Shown: positions 40,426 through 50,554 of the stretch, one piece after another
Numbering within the stretch: the first letter of the stretch is position 1
Layout of the letters: each line of letters begins with the position of its first letter
Assembly (NCBI GenBank): GCA_023267195.1
Contig: JAHFNT010000004.1
Coordinates: forward strand, 64,603 to 128,602
Origin: Candidatus Nomurabacteria bacterium
Lineage (GTDB): Bacteria; Patescibacteriota; Minisyncoccia; Phycocordibacterales; UBA9973
DNA length: 64,000 bases
Reading direction: 5' to 3'
Translations under genes and position numbers: made by a program
The notes under the pieces: generated by a model
What the model saw: only the letters and a program-made list of their open reading frames with translations
The model's database searches: none
Told to the model about the DNA's origin: nothing

Positions 40426-42744
40426 TTAGATTTCGCAAACGCCAGAGACGCAAGCGAATTCTTTGGCGCCAGTAGTGTTGTCCGCTGCTTCGTATTGAGA
40501 AAGTTTTGAGAAATCAATTTTACCAATTGCTTTCGTTCGTCTCTCATACTCTTCTTTAGTGATCGCTTCATAGGGAGCGAGTTGGTAGACATGCTCGGAT
40601 CGCGGGAGGAAAGAAAGTCCGCCAACCCAATCCCAGTTTTCATAGACAAAGTTGCCGACAGCGATCCATTCATCGGGACCGACATAAATAGTTGCCGACG
40701 GGTTGTGTTCTACAAAATGCTCTTTGAGCCTTTTCCACTCTTTCATTAAATCTAAGGCGGAAACTTGATCTTTGAAAATTGCCCCTTCTGGCGCCTTCAC
40801 TGGAAACTCTAGCACATAGGTGGTAGCGGTAGACTCAGATTGCCCAACTTCTGGCATACAAGGTACGCCTTGATCTCGAGCCATTTGGAGCAAAGTATCT
40901 GTGTGAGAAATGCGAACTCGGCGTATAAAGTAAGGAGCAAACCATGGGTGCATACCTGAACCAACACCTAGAAGCTGTCCGGAATTGCCATGAGGCTTTA
41001 CGCAAGTAATAGCGGTAGAAGCGTTAATCCCAAAACGTTTAGCATATTTTTTATTTGTTTCAATAGAATCCATTTTTAACAAAGACAACACTTTATCATC
41101 ACGAATTATTGGATTGTCATAATAACCAGTGAGTGATACGCCAAGCAGTCTCTCTTCCTCGCAATTTTCCTTCCATTTTTTCGAAAGATAACCAAAATTG
41201 GTCAAGGTAGATTGATAAGTTCCAAGCAGGGTTGCTATTTCCATTTTTCTTTTTAGGGTGGCGACAGTATCTTTCGGACGAATCACAATACTGGTCAAAT
41301 TACAAAATTGTTTGGAGCGAAGATAAATTTCCCCGCATGGATTGAGGCCCATCTGTCTTTCCTCTTTGATGGCTGCCCACCTACGCGCTGGTACTTGTTT
41401 CTCGAGCCCCGCTCGGTTGAAAATTCCGCGCTCACCCGACTTAGATTTCACTAAGGCGGTCCACTCATCCAAGAACTCTTCCGCGCTAGGCTTCGCATTA
41501 TAAACGGCTGAATTATTGGCCATACTACGTTGCCCTTCTGTCAGGTAAAATTGTCCCTTCTTTGAATCTCGCATTTCAGAATCATCCAATTCAGAAAGAG
41601 AAATAAGAGCGCTCCTGCGTACCCCCCCAGCAACGACAATCATTCCAATCTGACAAATGATATCGTGCATGTCTATATTGGAAAGACGGCGGCCTTGTTT
41701 CGATAAAATTTTACGTCTAGCAAATTCCATCAAATCCATAAGCGGTTGCGGTCCGGACGCTTTCCCCCCCGCTGTCTCTAATCTTGATCCAGCTGGCCTG
41801 ATCATAGAATAATCAAACTTTATATCTCGTCCGTCAAACCAAGCCTTGAGCCCCATAACAAATGCATCTGCCCATCCTTCCTTGCTGTCTACAACAACAT
41901 GAGTAGTTACTTTTTCTTTGCCTTGCTTTTTTATTTGCGGAAATTGTTGAACATTTTCCCACTCAACCGCAAAACCAAGCCCTGCTCCGCACATTGAAAT
42001 ATACATAATTTCGCCCAAATCCTGCGGGCAAGTAGGAGCAATGTATGAACAATTATATGCCCAGACATTAGACTGGCGACACGCCTTGCCAGCCGACCAC
42101 AAAAGGCGCATTGAGGGACAAACTTCTTGGTCGAGAATCGCTTGTCTTACTTCTTCATATTCTTTGACAGAGAGTTTATCCTTTAAATTCTCTTTCATAT
42201 ATGCCATATAACGATCAACTGTCTCTATCCAGGTTTCTCGACGACCTAATTCTGGAACCCACCTTGAATAAAATTGATAGAAAATATATTCTGAATAAGG
42301 GCTAGAAAAATATTTACTGCTCTCTTCTACTGCCAGCCTTACTGCATCTGATACTGGGCCAAAAGCTTTCCTGAGTTCTGAACGCTTGTTGCGATAGAGA
42401 ATATATTTTTTGGCCGTTTCAGTAAAACCATCTTTCATTAATTCTTTTTCCACACAATCCTGAATAAGTTCAACTGTCGGTAAAAATTTAGCTTTTTTGT
42501 TTTCTTTTGTTAACTCAGATTGGAGGCTAAGAAGAGTTTTAAATACGCGACTAGCCACGACGTGAGATTCTGCCTCTCCCCCCTCGCCAGAAACTTCAAA
42601 AGCTTTGAACACGGCTCGGGCAATTCTTTCCAAATCAAATGGAACAACTTCCCCAGTTCTCCTGCGAATTGATTTTATTTTTACTAATTCGCTTTTTAAA
42701 ATTTTTTCACTTGATTTCATTTTTGTTTTTGTTGTTGGGTTCAT
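40426..42744 (-). CDS. nrdJ: Class II adenosylcobalamin-dependent ribonucleotide reductase (monomeric RTPR/NrdJ-like)
   Basis: 772 aa. Thiyl-radical loop NPCGEIYL. C-terminal redox Cys pair CVSGVCEI. Adjacent to the cobalamin adenosyltransferase. Confidence 0.75.
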   Translation of the reverse strand: MNPTTKTKMKSSEKILKSELVKIKSIRRRTGEVVPFDLERIARAVFKAFEVSGEGGEAESHVVASRVFKTLLSLQSELTKENKKAKFLPTVELIQDCVEKELMKDGFTETAKKYILYRNKRSELRKAFGPVSDAVRLAVEESSKYFSSPYSEYIFYQFYSRWVPELGRRETWIETVDRYMAYMKENLKDKLSVKEYEEVRQAILDQEVCPSMRLLWSAGKACRQSNVWAYNCSYIAPTCPQDLGEIMYISMCGAGLGFAVEWENVQQFPQIKKQGKEKVTTHVVVDSKEGWADAFVMGLKAWFDGRDIKFDYSMIRPAGSRLETAGGKASGPQPLMDLMEFARRKILSKQGRRLSNIDMHDIICQIGMIVVAGGVRRSALISLSELDDSEMRDSKKGQFYLTEGQRSMANNSAVYNAKPSAEEFLDEWTALVKSKSGERGIFNRAGLEKQVPARRWAAIKEERQMGLNPCGEIYLRSKQFCNLTSIVIRPKDTVATLKRKMEIATLLGTYQSTLTNFGYLSKKWKENCEEERLLGVSLTGYYDNPIIRDDKVLSLLKMDSIETNKKYAKRFGINASTAITCVKPHGNSGQLLGVGSGMHPWFAPYFIRRVRISHTDTLLQMARDQGVPCMPEVGQSESTATTYVLEFPVKAPEGAIFKDQVSALDLMKEWKRLKEHFVEHNPSATIYVGPDEWIAVGNFVYENWDWVGGLSFLPRSEHVYQLAPYEAITKEEYERRTKAIGKIDFSKLSQYEAADNTTGAKEFACVSGVCEI

Positions 42745-42749
42745 ATAGT

Positions 42750-43307
42750 TTAAATTATTTTAGGATTAAAAGTAGTCACAATTAATTCGGATTCTTTTTT
42801 CTTTTTCTTGATCATAAAATTATAAATAGCGGGAGAAAGCAAAAGAGCAAAAATAATATTGCCCGCCAGGTGAAGAATAGTGAATGGTATCTGACCTGTC
42901 AAAGCTCCGAGAAACGATTGGTGAAAAAATATTGGACCGACGGTCAGCCCAGTTAGCGCATCAAAAACTAAAGTTCCCAAAATTGCAAAATGCACATAGT
43001 CTATAGTATTTCCTTTTTTATTTTTAAAATAACTTGCAGACCATAAACCGATCAATCCATAGGCGCCAGCGGTAAAAAGCGTTCGTACTCCGAGCGTGCC
43101 CGTAACCAAATCGTAAAGAAAAATACTCAAAACAGCAAAAGAAAATCCCCAAAATGCTCCGGAAACACGGCTGATAGGCATAGTCGCTGCTAAAATTGGC
43201 TCTACATTCGGAATCCGAACTGGAATCAAGCGCGCAAGCAAACACAAAAACAAAATAAGGAAAAATTTTGGATTAAATTCAGAATAAATTTTTTTAGATG
43301 TGTTCAT
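42750..43307 (-). CDS. Integral membrane protein, possible ECF-type vitamin (cobalamin?) S-component
   Basis: 185 aa with 5-6 transmembrane helices. Immediately downstream of the B12-dependent RNR. Function not established. Confidence 0.3.
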   Translation of the reverse strand: MNTSKKIYSEFNPKFFLILFLCLLARLIPVRIPNVEPILAATMPISRVSGAFWGFSFAVLSIFLYDLVTGTLGVRTLFTAGAYGLIGLWSASYFKNKKGNTIDYVHFAILGTLVFDALTGLTVGPIFFHQSFLGALTGQIPFTILHLAGNIIFALLLSPAIYNFMIKKKKKESELIVTTFNPKII

Positions 43308-43487
43308 TTTTTCTCCGCCTGCTACAAATTTATAAAGATTTCTTTTGATAAATAAAAATTGTATAATATTATCTGAAGGTCACCACTTTTATAACTGTTT
43401 GACCATTATACACGAGATTAGTCCCCTTGTGTAAAGTGGATAACTGAAAATTTTTATCAATTTTTAGAGAAAATTATTTTAAGCAAC

Positions 43488-43982
43488 ATGGAACAAAATA
43501 ATGCAAGGTATGTTTGGGGGCTTTTGAGGTTAACAATGGGGCTCATTTTTCTTTGGGCCTTTATTGATAAGGTGTTTGGGTTCGGTTTTGCAACAACTCC
43601 CGAAAAGGCGTGGCTTCTTGGTGGCTCACCAACTACCGGGTTCCTGCAATTTGGCGTTCATGGCCCCTTTGCAAGCTTTTATCACAGCTTGGCTGGCATA
43701 CCCCTCGTGGATTGGTTATTTATGCTGGGTCTTTTATGGATTGGGCTCACTTTAACCCTAGGTATTTTTGTAAAATTGGGTAGTTTGACAGGAATTCTAA
43801 TGTTATTCTTAATGTATACGGCCGTCGGAATACAGCCGACCAATCACCCTTTTATAGATGACCACATTGTATACATATTTGTGATGATTGGTCTCTTGAT
43901 TTCAAATTCGGGAGATTATCTCGGCTTTGGAAAATATTGGTCCCGCGTTAATCTAGTGCAAAAATATAAAATCCTGAAATAA
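43488..43982 (+). CDS. DoxX family membrane protein
   Basis: RLTMGLIFLWAFIDKVFGFGFA and four transmembrane helices, typical of DoxX. Confidence 0.6.
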   Translation: MEQNNARYVWGLLRLTMGLIFLWAFIDKVFGFGFATTPEKAWLLGGSPTTGFLQFGVHGPFASFYHSLAGIPLVDWLFMLGLLWIGLTLTLGIFVKLGSLTGILMLFLMYTAVGIQPTNHPFIDDHIVYIFVMIGLLISNSGDYLGFGKYWSRVNLVQKYKILK

Positions 43983-43986
43983 ATTG

Positions 43987-44060
43987 TCCGCCCTCTTGGA
44001 TTCGAACCAAGGACCCCAGAGGTATAAGCTCTGTGCTCTAACCAGCTGAGCTAAGGGCGG
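43987..44060 (-). tRNA. tRNA-Ile (anticodon UAU, decoding AUA). CCA not encoded.
   Basis: D arm TAGCTCAGCTGGTTAGAGC, anticodon stem CAGAG/CTCTG with loop CTTATAC, T arm CTTGG-TTCGAAT-CCAAG, acceptor CCGCCCT/AGGGCGG. Confidence 0.75.
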
Positions 44061-45970
44061 ATGTTTTCTGCTATTTCTTTTTTCTTTAAAAGTATTCCGT
44101 GCGCGGTCAAAATCTTTTCGTATTCATCTTGTTCCAGAGTTTCTACTTCAATAAGTTTTTGGGCAATAGCAGTGAAAGCTTTTTTGTGTTCAGCTAAAAC
44201 TTTTTCCGCAGTTTTTAATCCATCGTTGATGATTCTAGAAACTTCGGCATCGACTTTAGTAGAAACTGTTTCCGAAAATTCTTTTTCTGGTATTTCTCCA
44301 AACTGTGGCCTACCGCCAGAATCAACCAAAGCTATCGGACCAATAAGATCAGACATCCCCCAGCGGGTCACCATCGCGCGCGCAATGTTGGTCGCCACTT
44401 GCAGATCACTCGAAGGTCCAGTCGTAATATCGCCAAACATCATTTGTTCCGCGACATATCCCCCGAGCGACATCGCGATATCATCGATAAATTCTTTTTT
44501 CGATTGTAAACGTCTTTCTTCGAGTGGAAGTTTTAAAGTATAGCCGCCAGCATTGCCACGAGAAATGATCGAAACTTTGTGCACTGGATCAGCATGCGGT
44601 AAGACTGAAGCCACGATCGCGTGCCCAGCTTCGTGATACGCGGTAATTTCTTTTTCTTTTTTAGAAAGCAAATGACTTTTTCTCTCAGGACCCAGCATGA
44701 CTTTTTCAATCGCGCGAATCAAATCAAATTGAAAAACTTTTTTACGATTCTCGCGTGCTGCCAAGATCGCTCCTTCGTTCATGAGCGAATACAAATCCGC
44801 ACCAGAAAATCCTGGGGTACGTTCGGCCACTAATTTTAAATTAATATCTTCAGCCAGCGGTTTTTTTATAGCATGAATCTTTAATATTTCCTCACGATCC
44901 GCGCGATCCGGTAAATCAAGAATTACTTTCCGGTCAAAACGCCCAGGACGGATAAGTGCTGGGTCAAGCACGTCTGGTCGATTCGTAGCCGCCATCACAA
45001 TCACTTTGTCATTCGGCTCGAAACCATCCATCTCTACTAAGATTTGGTTTAAGGTTTGCTCGCGTTCGTCGTTCCCCCCGCCGAACCCGCCTCCGCGGGT
45101 TCGGCCTATTGCATCTATTTCATCCACGAAGATAATAGCTGGCGCCGCTTTCTTGGCCATTTTGAAAAGATCGCGTACACGGGAAGCACCGACGCCAACG
45201 AACATTTCTACGAACTCAGATCCGGATAAATGGAAAAATGGCACACCCGCCTCCCCTGCGACCGCTCGCGCGAGCAAAGTCTTGCCGGTACCAGGAGCAC
45301 CAGTCAACATCACGCCCTTGGGAATTCTCGCGCCAATATCTAAAAACTTTTTCGGACTTTTCAAAAAATCTACGATTTCTTTCAATTCTTCTTTCGCTTC
45401 CTTGCAACCAGCGACATCCTTAAACGTTACCCGGTTGTTTTTATCATTCGGATCCGTGATGCGCGCTTTGGACTGGCCGAAAGTAAAAGCTTGCATTCCC
45501 GCACCTTTCACCTGACGGGATAAATACCAGAAGAAAAGTAAAATAAAGACTATTGGCAGGAGAAATGGCAAGAAATTTAGGAGCCAATAACTAAATCCGC
45601 TTTCATTTTTGATTGCAATGGATGTTTTCGCAAGCGCGTCTTTTGTTACACCGTAATTAAAAAGCGTCTGAGAGAGAGAAGCGTCTACCTCTTTTTTGGC
45701 TGTTTTCACTTCGTCGTTGGTGTAAGTGATCGTGAGCTTATCTCCCTCCACCAAAATATTTTTTACTTCCCCCGCCTGCACGCTTTTCGCCAAATCAGAA
45801 ATCGCCACTTCAGGCACAACTTTCCCTTCGCCAGAAATTGCCAAATAAAGTGCCATAATGAGCATGAAGAAAAAAATCGCACCGGCAATACTGCCACCCC
45901 ACCCGGATTGCTTAGGCGCTCTTTTACCTTTGCCTTGCGGCTCTTTTTGACCAAGAAAATTAAAATCCAT
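44051..45970 (-). CDS. ftsH: ATP-dependent zinc metalloprotease FtsH
   Basis: 639 aa. Two N-terminal transmembrane segments. AAA Walker [27 protein letters not shown] region and HEAGHAIVA zinc site. 3' end overlaps the tRNA by ~10 nt. Confidence 0.9.
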   Translation of the reverse strand: MDFNFLGQKEPQGKGKRAPKQSGWGGSIAGAIFFFMLIMALYLAISGEGKVVPEVAISDLAKSVQAGEVKNILVEGDKLTITYTNDEVKTAKKEVDASLSQTLFNYGVTKDALAKTSIAIKNESGFSYWLLNFLPFLLPIVFILLFFWYLSRQVKGAGMQAFTFGQSKARITDPNDKNNRVTFKDVAGCKEAKEELKEIVDFLKSPKKFLDIGARIPKGVMLTGAPGTGKTLLARAVAGEAGVPFFHLSGSEFVEMFVGVGASRVRDLFKMAKKAAPAIIFVDEIDAIGRTRGGGFGGGNDEREQTLNQILVEMDGFEPNDKVIVMAATNRPDVLDPALIRPGRFDRKVILDLPDRADREEILKIHAIKKPLAEDINLKLVAERTPGFSGADLYSLMNEGAILAARENRKKVFQFDLIRAIEKVMLGPERKSHLLSKKEKEITAYHEAGHAIVASVLPHADPVHKVSIISRGNAGGYTLKLPLEERRLQSKKEFIDDIAMSLGGYVAEQMMFGDITTGPSSDLQVATNIARAMVTRWGMSDLIGPIALVDSGGRPQFGEIPEKEFSETVSTKVDAEVSRIINDGLKTAEKVLAEHKKAFTAIAQKLIEVETLEQDEYEKILTAHGILLKKKEIAENIRP

Positions 45971-46024
45971 GTGGCTACTTTAACACAAAATATATATAAA
46001 GAAAAGTTGTGTTAATATAAACTC

Positions 46025-46471
46025 ATGGCGAATTATGCAGAAAACCGAAAAGCCCGCTTTGATTATGAAATCTTGGAAAAATACGAGACCGGTATTGAGC
46101 TTTTGGGTACGGAAGTAAAGTCTGTGCGCGCCGGGCAAATGTCATTGGAGGGCGCCTTTGTTATCGTGCGCGGAGGTGAAGCATTTTTAATCAATGCGAA
46201 TATTCCACCATATCAACCCAAAAATGCGCCGAAAGATTATGATCCACTTAGAAATCGTAAACTTTTACTCACCAAAAAAGAAATCGCCGAGCTTGCAGGC
46301 AATGAGAAGAATAAGAGTTTGACAATTATGCCTATTTCAGTGTATAATAAAAAAAGAAAAATCAAAGTAGAAATTGCTTTAGTGAAAGGTAAAAAGAAAA
46401 CCGATAAACGCGAGACGATCAAGAAGCGCGAGACTGACAGAGAAATCAGAAGAGAAATCAAGGATCATTGA
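46025..46471 (+). CDS. smpB: SsrA-binding protein SmpB
   Basis: 148 aa. KARFDYEILEKYETGIELLGTEVKS signature. TGA stop. Confidence 0.9.
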   Translation: MANYAENRKARFDYEILEKYETGIELLGTEVKSVRAGQMSLEGAFVIVRGGEAFLINANIPPYQPKNAPKDYDPLRNRKLLLTKKEIAELAGNEKNKSLTIMPISVYNKKRKIKVEIALVKGKKKTDKRETIKKRETDREIRREIKDH

Positions 46472-46484
46472 AATTACAATATTT

Positions 46485-46882
46485 GGGGATGCAAGGCATA
46501 GACAGTTGGTCCATTTGTCAAAAATGCATACCGAGCATGGACGTAATCTCGTAAAAATTCGTTCAAATGTTAATTGCAAAATTGACTGCTAAGGCAAAAG
46601 CTGTCGTCTCTCCATTCTTCGGAATGAATGACTTCGCTTTTGCTTCGGTTTCCGCTTTAGCGTAAGCCGATGTCTCTCGTATAGACTTCCGATATATACG
46701 TCGAGGCATAATATTATCGGGATAAGGGAATGCCCGCTCGAGCACTTCACGAAAACCTAGAGCTCGATTAAAAAATATTTGGCGCGTTTAAGAATTTTTT
46801 AATCTAAACCGAAAAGCGCGCTATGTATGTAGATTTTTTTGCAAAAACCTTCTGCACGGGGATTCGATTTCCCCCATCTCCA
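46485..46882 (+). ncRNA. ssrA: tmRNA (ssrA), ~398 nt. tRNA-Ala-like ends with a G3:U70 pair. Predicted tag ends ...SALA-stop.
   Basis: 5' GGGGATG pairs with 3' CATCTCC-A (G3:U70). T arm GGGGA-TTCGATT-TCCCC. Internal ORF gca aaa gct ... gct tta gcg taa. Lies right after smpB. Confidence 0.7.
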
Positions 46883-46959
46883 CAAAACATTGACTTTAAA
46901 GCACAATTACGCTATTATCTCCTAGTAGTCAAAGGCTCTAATAGCTTTACTTATATCAA

Positions 46960-47463
46960 TTGCGCGAAAGAATAAACAACCAAATACGGGCGAAAGAGGT
47001 TCGGGTTTTAGATAGTGAAAACAAAAATCTCGGTATTTTAAGCATCAGAGACGCTTTGGAAATGGCTGAGAGTAGGGGCTTAGACTTAATTGAGATATCC
47101 CCGAACGGCAATCCGCCAATTGCCAAGTTGATGGATTTTGGCAAATATCAATACGAGGCCGCCAAGAAACTGAAGAAGGCCAAAGCTGGAGCCAGTAAGA
47201 CAGAAACCAAATCAATCCAGATAAAGATAGGTACTGGAGATCATGATTTGGAATTAAAAGCGAAAACCGCTTCGAAGTGGATCAAGGAAGGGCATCGCAT
47301 CAAAGTGGAACTTTTCCTCGCCGGACGCGCCAAGTATATGGATGAAAAATTTTTACGAGAACGTTTAGACAGAGTGCTCCATTTAATTACCGAAGATTAT
47401 AAAGTGTCAGATCAATATAAAAAGGGACCAAAGGGTTTGACCATAACAATAGAAAAAAAATAA
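46960..47463 (+). CDS. infC: Translation initiation factor IF-3 (TTG start as listed; a non-canonical start is possible)
   Basis: INNQIRAKEVRVLDSENKNLGILSIRDALEMAESRGLDLIEISPN. Confidence 0.9.
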   Translation: MRERINNQIRAKEVRVLDSENKNLGILSIRDALEMAESRGLDLIEISPNGNPPIAKLMDFGKYQYEAAKKLKKAKAGASKTETKSIQIKIGTGDHDLELKAKTASKWIKEGHRIKVELFLAGRAKYMDEKFLRERLDRVLHLITEDYKVSDQYKKGPKGLTITIEKK

Positions 47464-47464
47464 T

Positions 47465-47662
47465 ATGGGAAAAGGAATGAAAACAAATAAATCATATAGC
47501 AAGAGATTAAAAGTCACCAAAAATGGCAAGATTTTAGCGCGCAAGGCGGGATTCAACCATTTCAATGCCAAGCAATCACGTAACAAACAACTTGGGGGCA
47601 AGAAGGGCGTAGAGTTTGTGATTAAAAATAAACCGATGAGCCATTTATTACCATTCACATAA
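47465..47662 (+). CDS. rpmI: 50S ribosomal protein L35
   Basis: 65 aa. MGKGMKTNKSYSKRLKVTKNGKI. Confidence 0.85.
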   Translation: MGKGMKTNKSYSKRLKVTKNGKILARKAGFNHFNAKQSRNKQLGGKKGVEFVIKNKPMSHLLPFT

Positions 47663-47734
47663 CAGCTTATAGCTGTTAGCTGATAGGGATTAGAAAATTC
47701 CTAAAAGCTAAAAGCTAAAAGCTAAAAGCTAACA

Positions 47735-48079
47735 ATGACAAGAGTAAAAAAGGGAGTACATGCGTTAAAGAGAAGGAGAAGTGTTTTAAAACAAACGAAG
47801 GGTTTCCGTCACGGTCGTAGCACCAAGGAACGCCAAGCCAAAGATGCGCTTTTACATGCTGGCAATTATGCTTTCGCCCACCGCAAAGATAAGAAATCGC
47901 ACAATCGCAAACTTTGGAACATTAAAATCAACGCTGGAGCGCGAGAGCTCGGCATGTCTTATTCAAGATTTATGGATGCTCTTAAAAAGAAAAACATAAT
48001 GCTTGATAGAAAAATTCTATCTGACTTTGCAGAACATCATCCAACGACTTTCGCTAAAGTTTTAGAAGCAATAAAATAA
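47735..48079 (+). CDS. rplT: 50S ribosomal protein L20
   Basis: MTRVKKGVHALKRRRSVLKQTKGFRHGRS. Confidence 0.9.
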   Translation: MTRVKKGVHALKRRRSVLKQTKGFRHGRSTKERQAKDALLHAGNYAFAHRKDKKSHNRKLWNIKINAGARELGMSYSRFMDALKKKNIMLDRKILSDFAEHHPTTFAKVLEAIK

Positions 48080-48090
48080 ATCCTAAACAA

Positions 48091-48120
48091 AAACCCCCGC
48101 TAGAAGCGGGGGTTTTTGTT
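48091..48120. terminator. Bidirectional rho-independent terminator after rplT and the convergent LOG-like gene
   Basis: aaaacccccgc-tagaa-gcgggggttttt. Confidence 0.7.
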
Positions 48121-48746
48121 TACATAATACTTTCTACACCAGTGCCTTTAGTTATTTGATATTCGTTAATCTTGTCTCTTTTAATAATAGCAATCATATC
48201 CTCGACAAGTTTTTTGGGGTCAGCACCCATGACAATTTTATTGTTTGGGCGATGAGCTTTCTCTAAAATACCCTTGAGCTCATCTCCCATCTCCCACGGT
48301 CCTTCGAAAATACCCAGAGCCTTCCCGTCTTCAAAAGCCACTGTAAACTCATGAATCGTGCCGATGCGTCCGCAACCACAAATAACTCCATCCGCCGAAC
48401 GGGTGATGAGCAAATCACGCCCCGGATAACCGAAACCGGTATAAATAATTAAATCCATATAATCTAGCGGCAGCTTGTAAACTTCCACGTGTTCTTTTTC
48501 TGAACCAGCTGGCGACATACCGATAGAAATACCGCCTGCTTCTTTGGCTCCCATTGCTGCCCAAAGCGGAAAACCAGTCGTCGCCCCAGTAATGAGCACG
48601 GCTCCATGTCGAGCTATTTCACGTCCAAGTTCTTTCGCCTTATCAAGCGCACCAACACCGCAATGCCCAGTCTCAGCCGCACCAGAAACACAGATCTTGA
48701 TCTGATTGTGCGCATGTTTTTTTGAAAGATATTCTTTTGGGTCCAT
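48120..48746 (-). CDS. LOG / TIGR00725 family Rossmann-fold nucleotide-binding protein
   Basis: 208 aa. GCGRIGTIHEF motif resembling the LOG PGGxGTxxE box. Confidence 0.45.
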   Translation of the reverse strand: MDPKEYLSKKHAHNQIKICVSGAAETGHCGVGALDKAKELGREIARHGAVLITGATTGFPLWAAMGAKEAGGISIGMSPAGSEKEHVEVYKLPLDYMDLIIYTGFGYPGRDLLITRSADGVICGCGRIGTIHEFTVAFEDGKALGIFEGPWEMGDELKGILEKAHRPNNKIVMGADPKKLVEDMIAIIKRDKINEYQITKGTGVESIM

Positions 48747-48753
48747 GGCTTTA

Positions 48754-50130
48754 TTATAACATTAGTGTAACACTACTACCCTGCTCTGGAGCGTAGGCTT
48801 CTATGCCAAGATTATCCCGAAGCTTTTGTACTAAAAACATTGCGGACTTTGGTTCACCCATAACCACAAAAACTTTTTTTACTGCGTCTTGCATGTCTTC
48901 CACGAAAGCAAGCAATCCATCTGAATCTTTATGTCCAGAATATCCAGAAATGGTGACAACATGCGCCCGAACTTGTACATCTTCACCAGAGATATGAACC
49001 ACCTTCAATCCTTCTCGAATCAAACGCCCCGGCGTGCCGACAGATTGATACCCAGTCAAAAGCAGAGTATTGTTTGGATCTGGCAAATAATGCCTTTCGT
49101 GGTGCACGATGCGTCCGCCGGTCGACATTCCACTTCCCGCGATAACTATCTTTGGATCAGGCACTGCGCCGATCATTTTGGATTCTTCTGATTTTAAAGT
49201 GTTATGCAACCCCGGAAAATCAAATAAATATTTGCCGGGAGATATAGCTTTTTGCGCTTTTTCATTAAAATAACTTTTATATTGTTTGAAAACATCCGTC
49301 AAACGGATCGCAAGCGGAGAGTCGAGGAACACCGGCATGACAGGTATACGATTTTCTTCAACTAAGGCATCAAGTTCAAACAAAAGCTCCTGTGAACGTT
49401 CAAGCGAAAAAGTGGGGATGATTAGGGTTCCTTTCCTTTTATAATTGTCTTCAATCACTCCTTCCAAATATTTTCGGCGATCATCCCTCGACTCATGATT
49501 TCTATCCCCATAGACAGATTCCATAATCAAATAATCTGCGTCGGTGATTCTTTCCGTATCAGGCAGAAGGGGCGAGGGACTATTGCCCAAATCTCCAGTA
49601 AAAAGAATTTTCTTCCCATTGAACAAAAATTCAACCATCGCTGAACCCAAAATATGCCCGGCATTTAAAAAAGAAACTTTTAGATCAGGAGTTATCGGCA
49701 GGTCTTGATGATAAGTAAAACCCTGCCAGAGACTAAGTGTTAATTTTATATTTTCTTCTGTGTATATTTTATCTAAACCCAATTTCGTATTCTTGCTCAA
49801 AATACCCGCTGTGTCTTCCAGCATCGGACTCGCGAGCGCGCGGGTGGGCTCGGTAGAATAAATTTTCCCGCGAAAGCCTTCTCCGACAAGCTTCGGAATG
49901 AGACCCAGATGATCCACATGCGCATGCGTGACAAACAAAATATCTATCTCCTTCGGATCGTAGACAAAAGGCTTCCAGTTTATCTCATCATCTAAATTTT
50001 CTCCTTGTGTCAGCCCGCAATCTATCAAAATTTTCTTACCAGCAATCTCTAAAAGAAAATTCGCGCCAGTAACCGAGCCTGTCCCTCCGTAAAATGTTAT
50101 TTTTGCCTTCTTTTCCATTGCCATCATCAT
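48754..50130 (-). CDS. Beta-CASP family metallo-beta-lactamase ribonuclease (RNase J / CPSF-like)
   Basis: 458 aa. HxHxDH motif (VTHAHVDHLG) and beta-CASP region. Confidence 0.65.
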   Translation of the reverse strand: MMMAMEKKAKITFYGGTGSVTGANFLLEIAGKKILIDCGLTQGENLDDEINWKPFVYDPKEIDILFVTHAHVDHLGLIPKLVGEGFRGKIYSTEPTRALASPMLEDTAGILSKNTKLGLDKIYTEENIKLTLSLWQGFTYHQDLPITPDLKVSFLNAGHILGSAMVEFLFNGKKILFTGDLGNSPSPLLPDTERITDADYLIMESVYGDRNHESRDDRRKYLEGVIEDNYKRKGTLIIPTFSLERSQELLFELDALVEENRIPVMPVFLDSPLAIRLTDVFKQYKSYFNEKAQKAISPGKYLFDFPGLHNTLKSEESKMIGAVPDPKIVIAGSGMSTGGRIVHHERHYLPDPNNTLLLTGYQSVGTPGRLIREGLKVVHISGEDVQVRAHVVTISGYSGHKDSDGLLAFVEDMQDAVKKVFVVMGEPKSAMFLVQKLRDNLGIEAYAPEQGSSVTLML

Positions 50131-50519
50131 ACCGTATTTTTTTCAGTAATCATAATTCTTTTAGCAAAATATAAAATCGCTGCTCCCCCACCCAGGAGGT
50201 CGAAAAATAGATCAGACAGGGTGTCTAAAATATCAAAAGGCTCGCGGGAAATGGTCCCTAGAAAAAACTCAAAAACTTCATAGGAGATTCCGATTAACAA
50301 GACAGAAAGAATGATGATTAAAATTTTATTAGAAAACCATTTCCTAGTATAAAAAACGTAAAAAAAGAATAATCCAACCCAAGCTCCCCCAAAAAAATGC
50401 ATAACCATATCAATCCACCAGATAGAATAATACCAATGAAACTTCAAAATAACGCTGTTGGCAAGAAACATTAAAAACATCAGAAACACAATATTTTTTA
50501 AAAGCTTTTTTCTGTCCAT
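50127..50519 (-). CDS. Small integral membrane protein (VanZ-like?)
   Basis: 130 aa with 4 transmembrane helices. Confidence 0.3.
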   Translation of the reverse strand: MDRKKLLKNIVFLMFLMFLANSVILKFHWYYSIWWIDMVMHFFGGAWVGLFFFYVFYTRKWFSNKILIIILSVLLIGISYEVFEFFLGTISREPFDILDTLSDLFFDLLGGGAAILYFAKRIMITEKNTV

Positions 50520-50554
50520 AAGAGTATTCTACCTTAGAATAACATTTTTTGTAA

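Noticed and set aside
40407-40685. 92-aa minus-strand ORF overlapping the 3' end of the RNR gene
   Set aside because: It is an alternative frame within the 772-aa RNR ORF and is not independently supported.
44051-44060. 10-nt overlap between the ftsH 3' end and tRNA-Ile
   Set aside because: Small overlaps or an earlier true stop are common. This is probably an annotation-boundary effect rather than biology.
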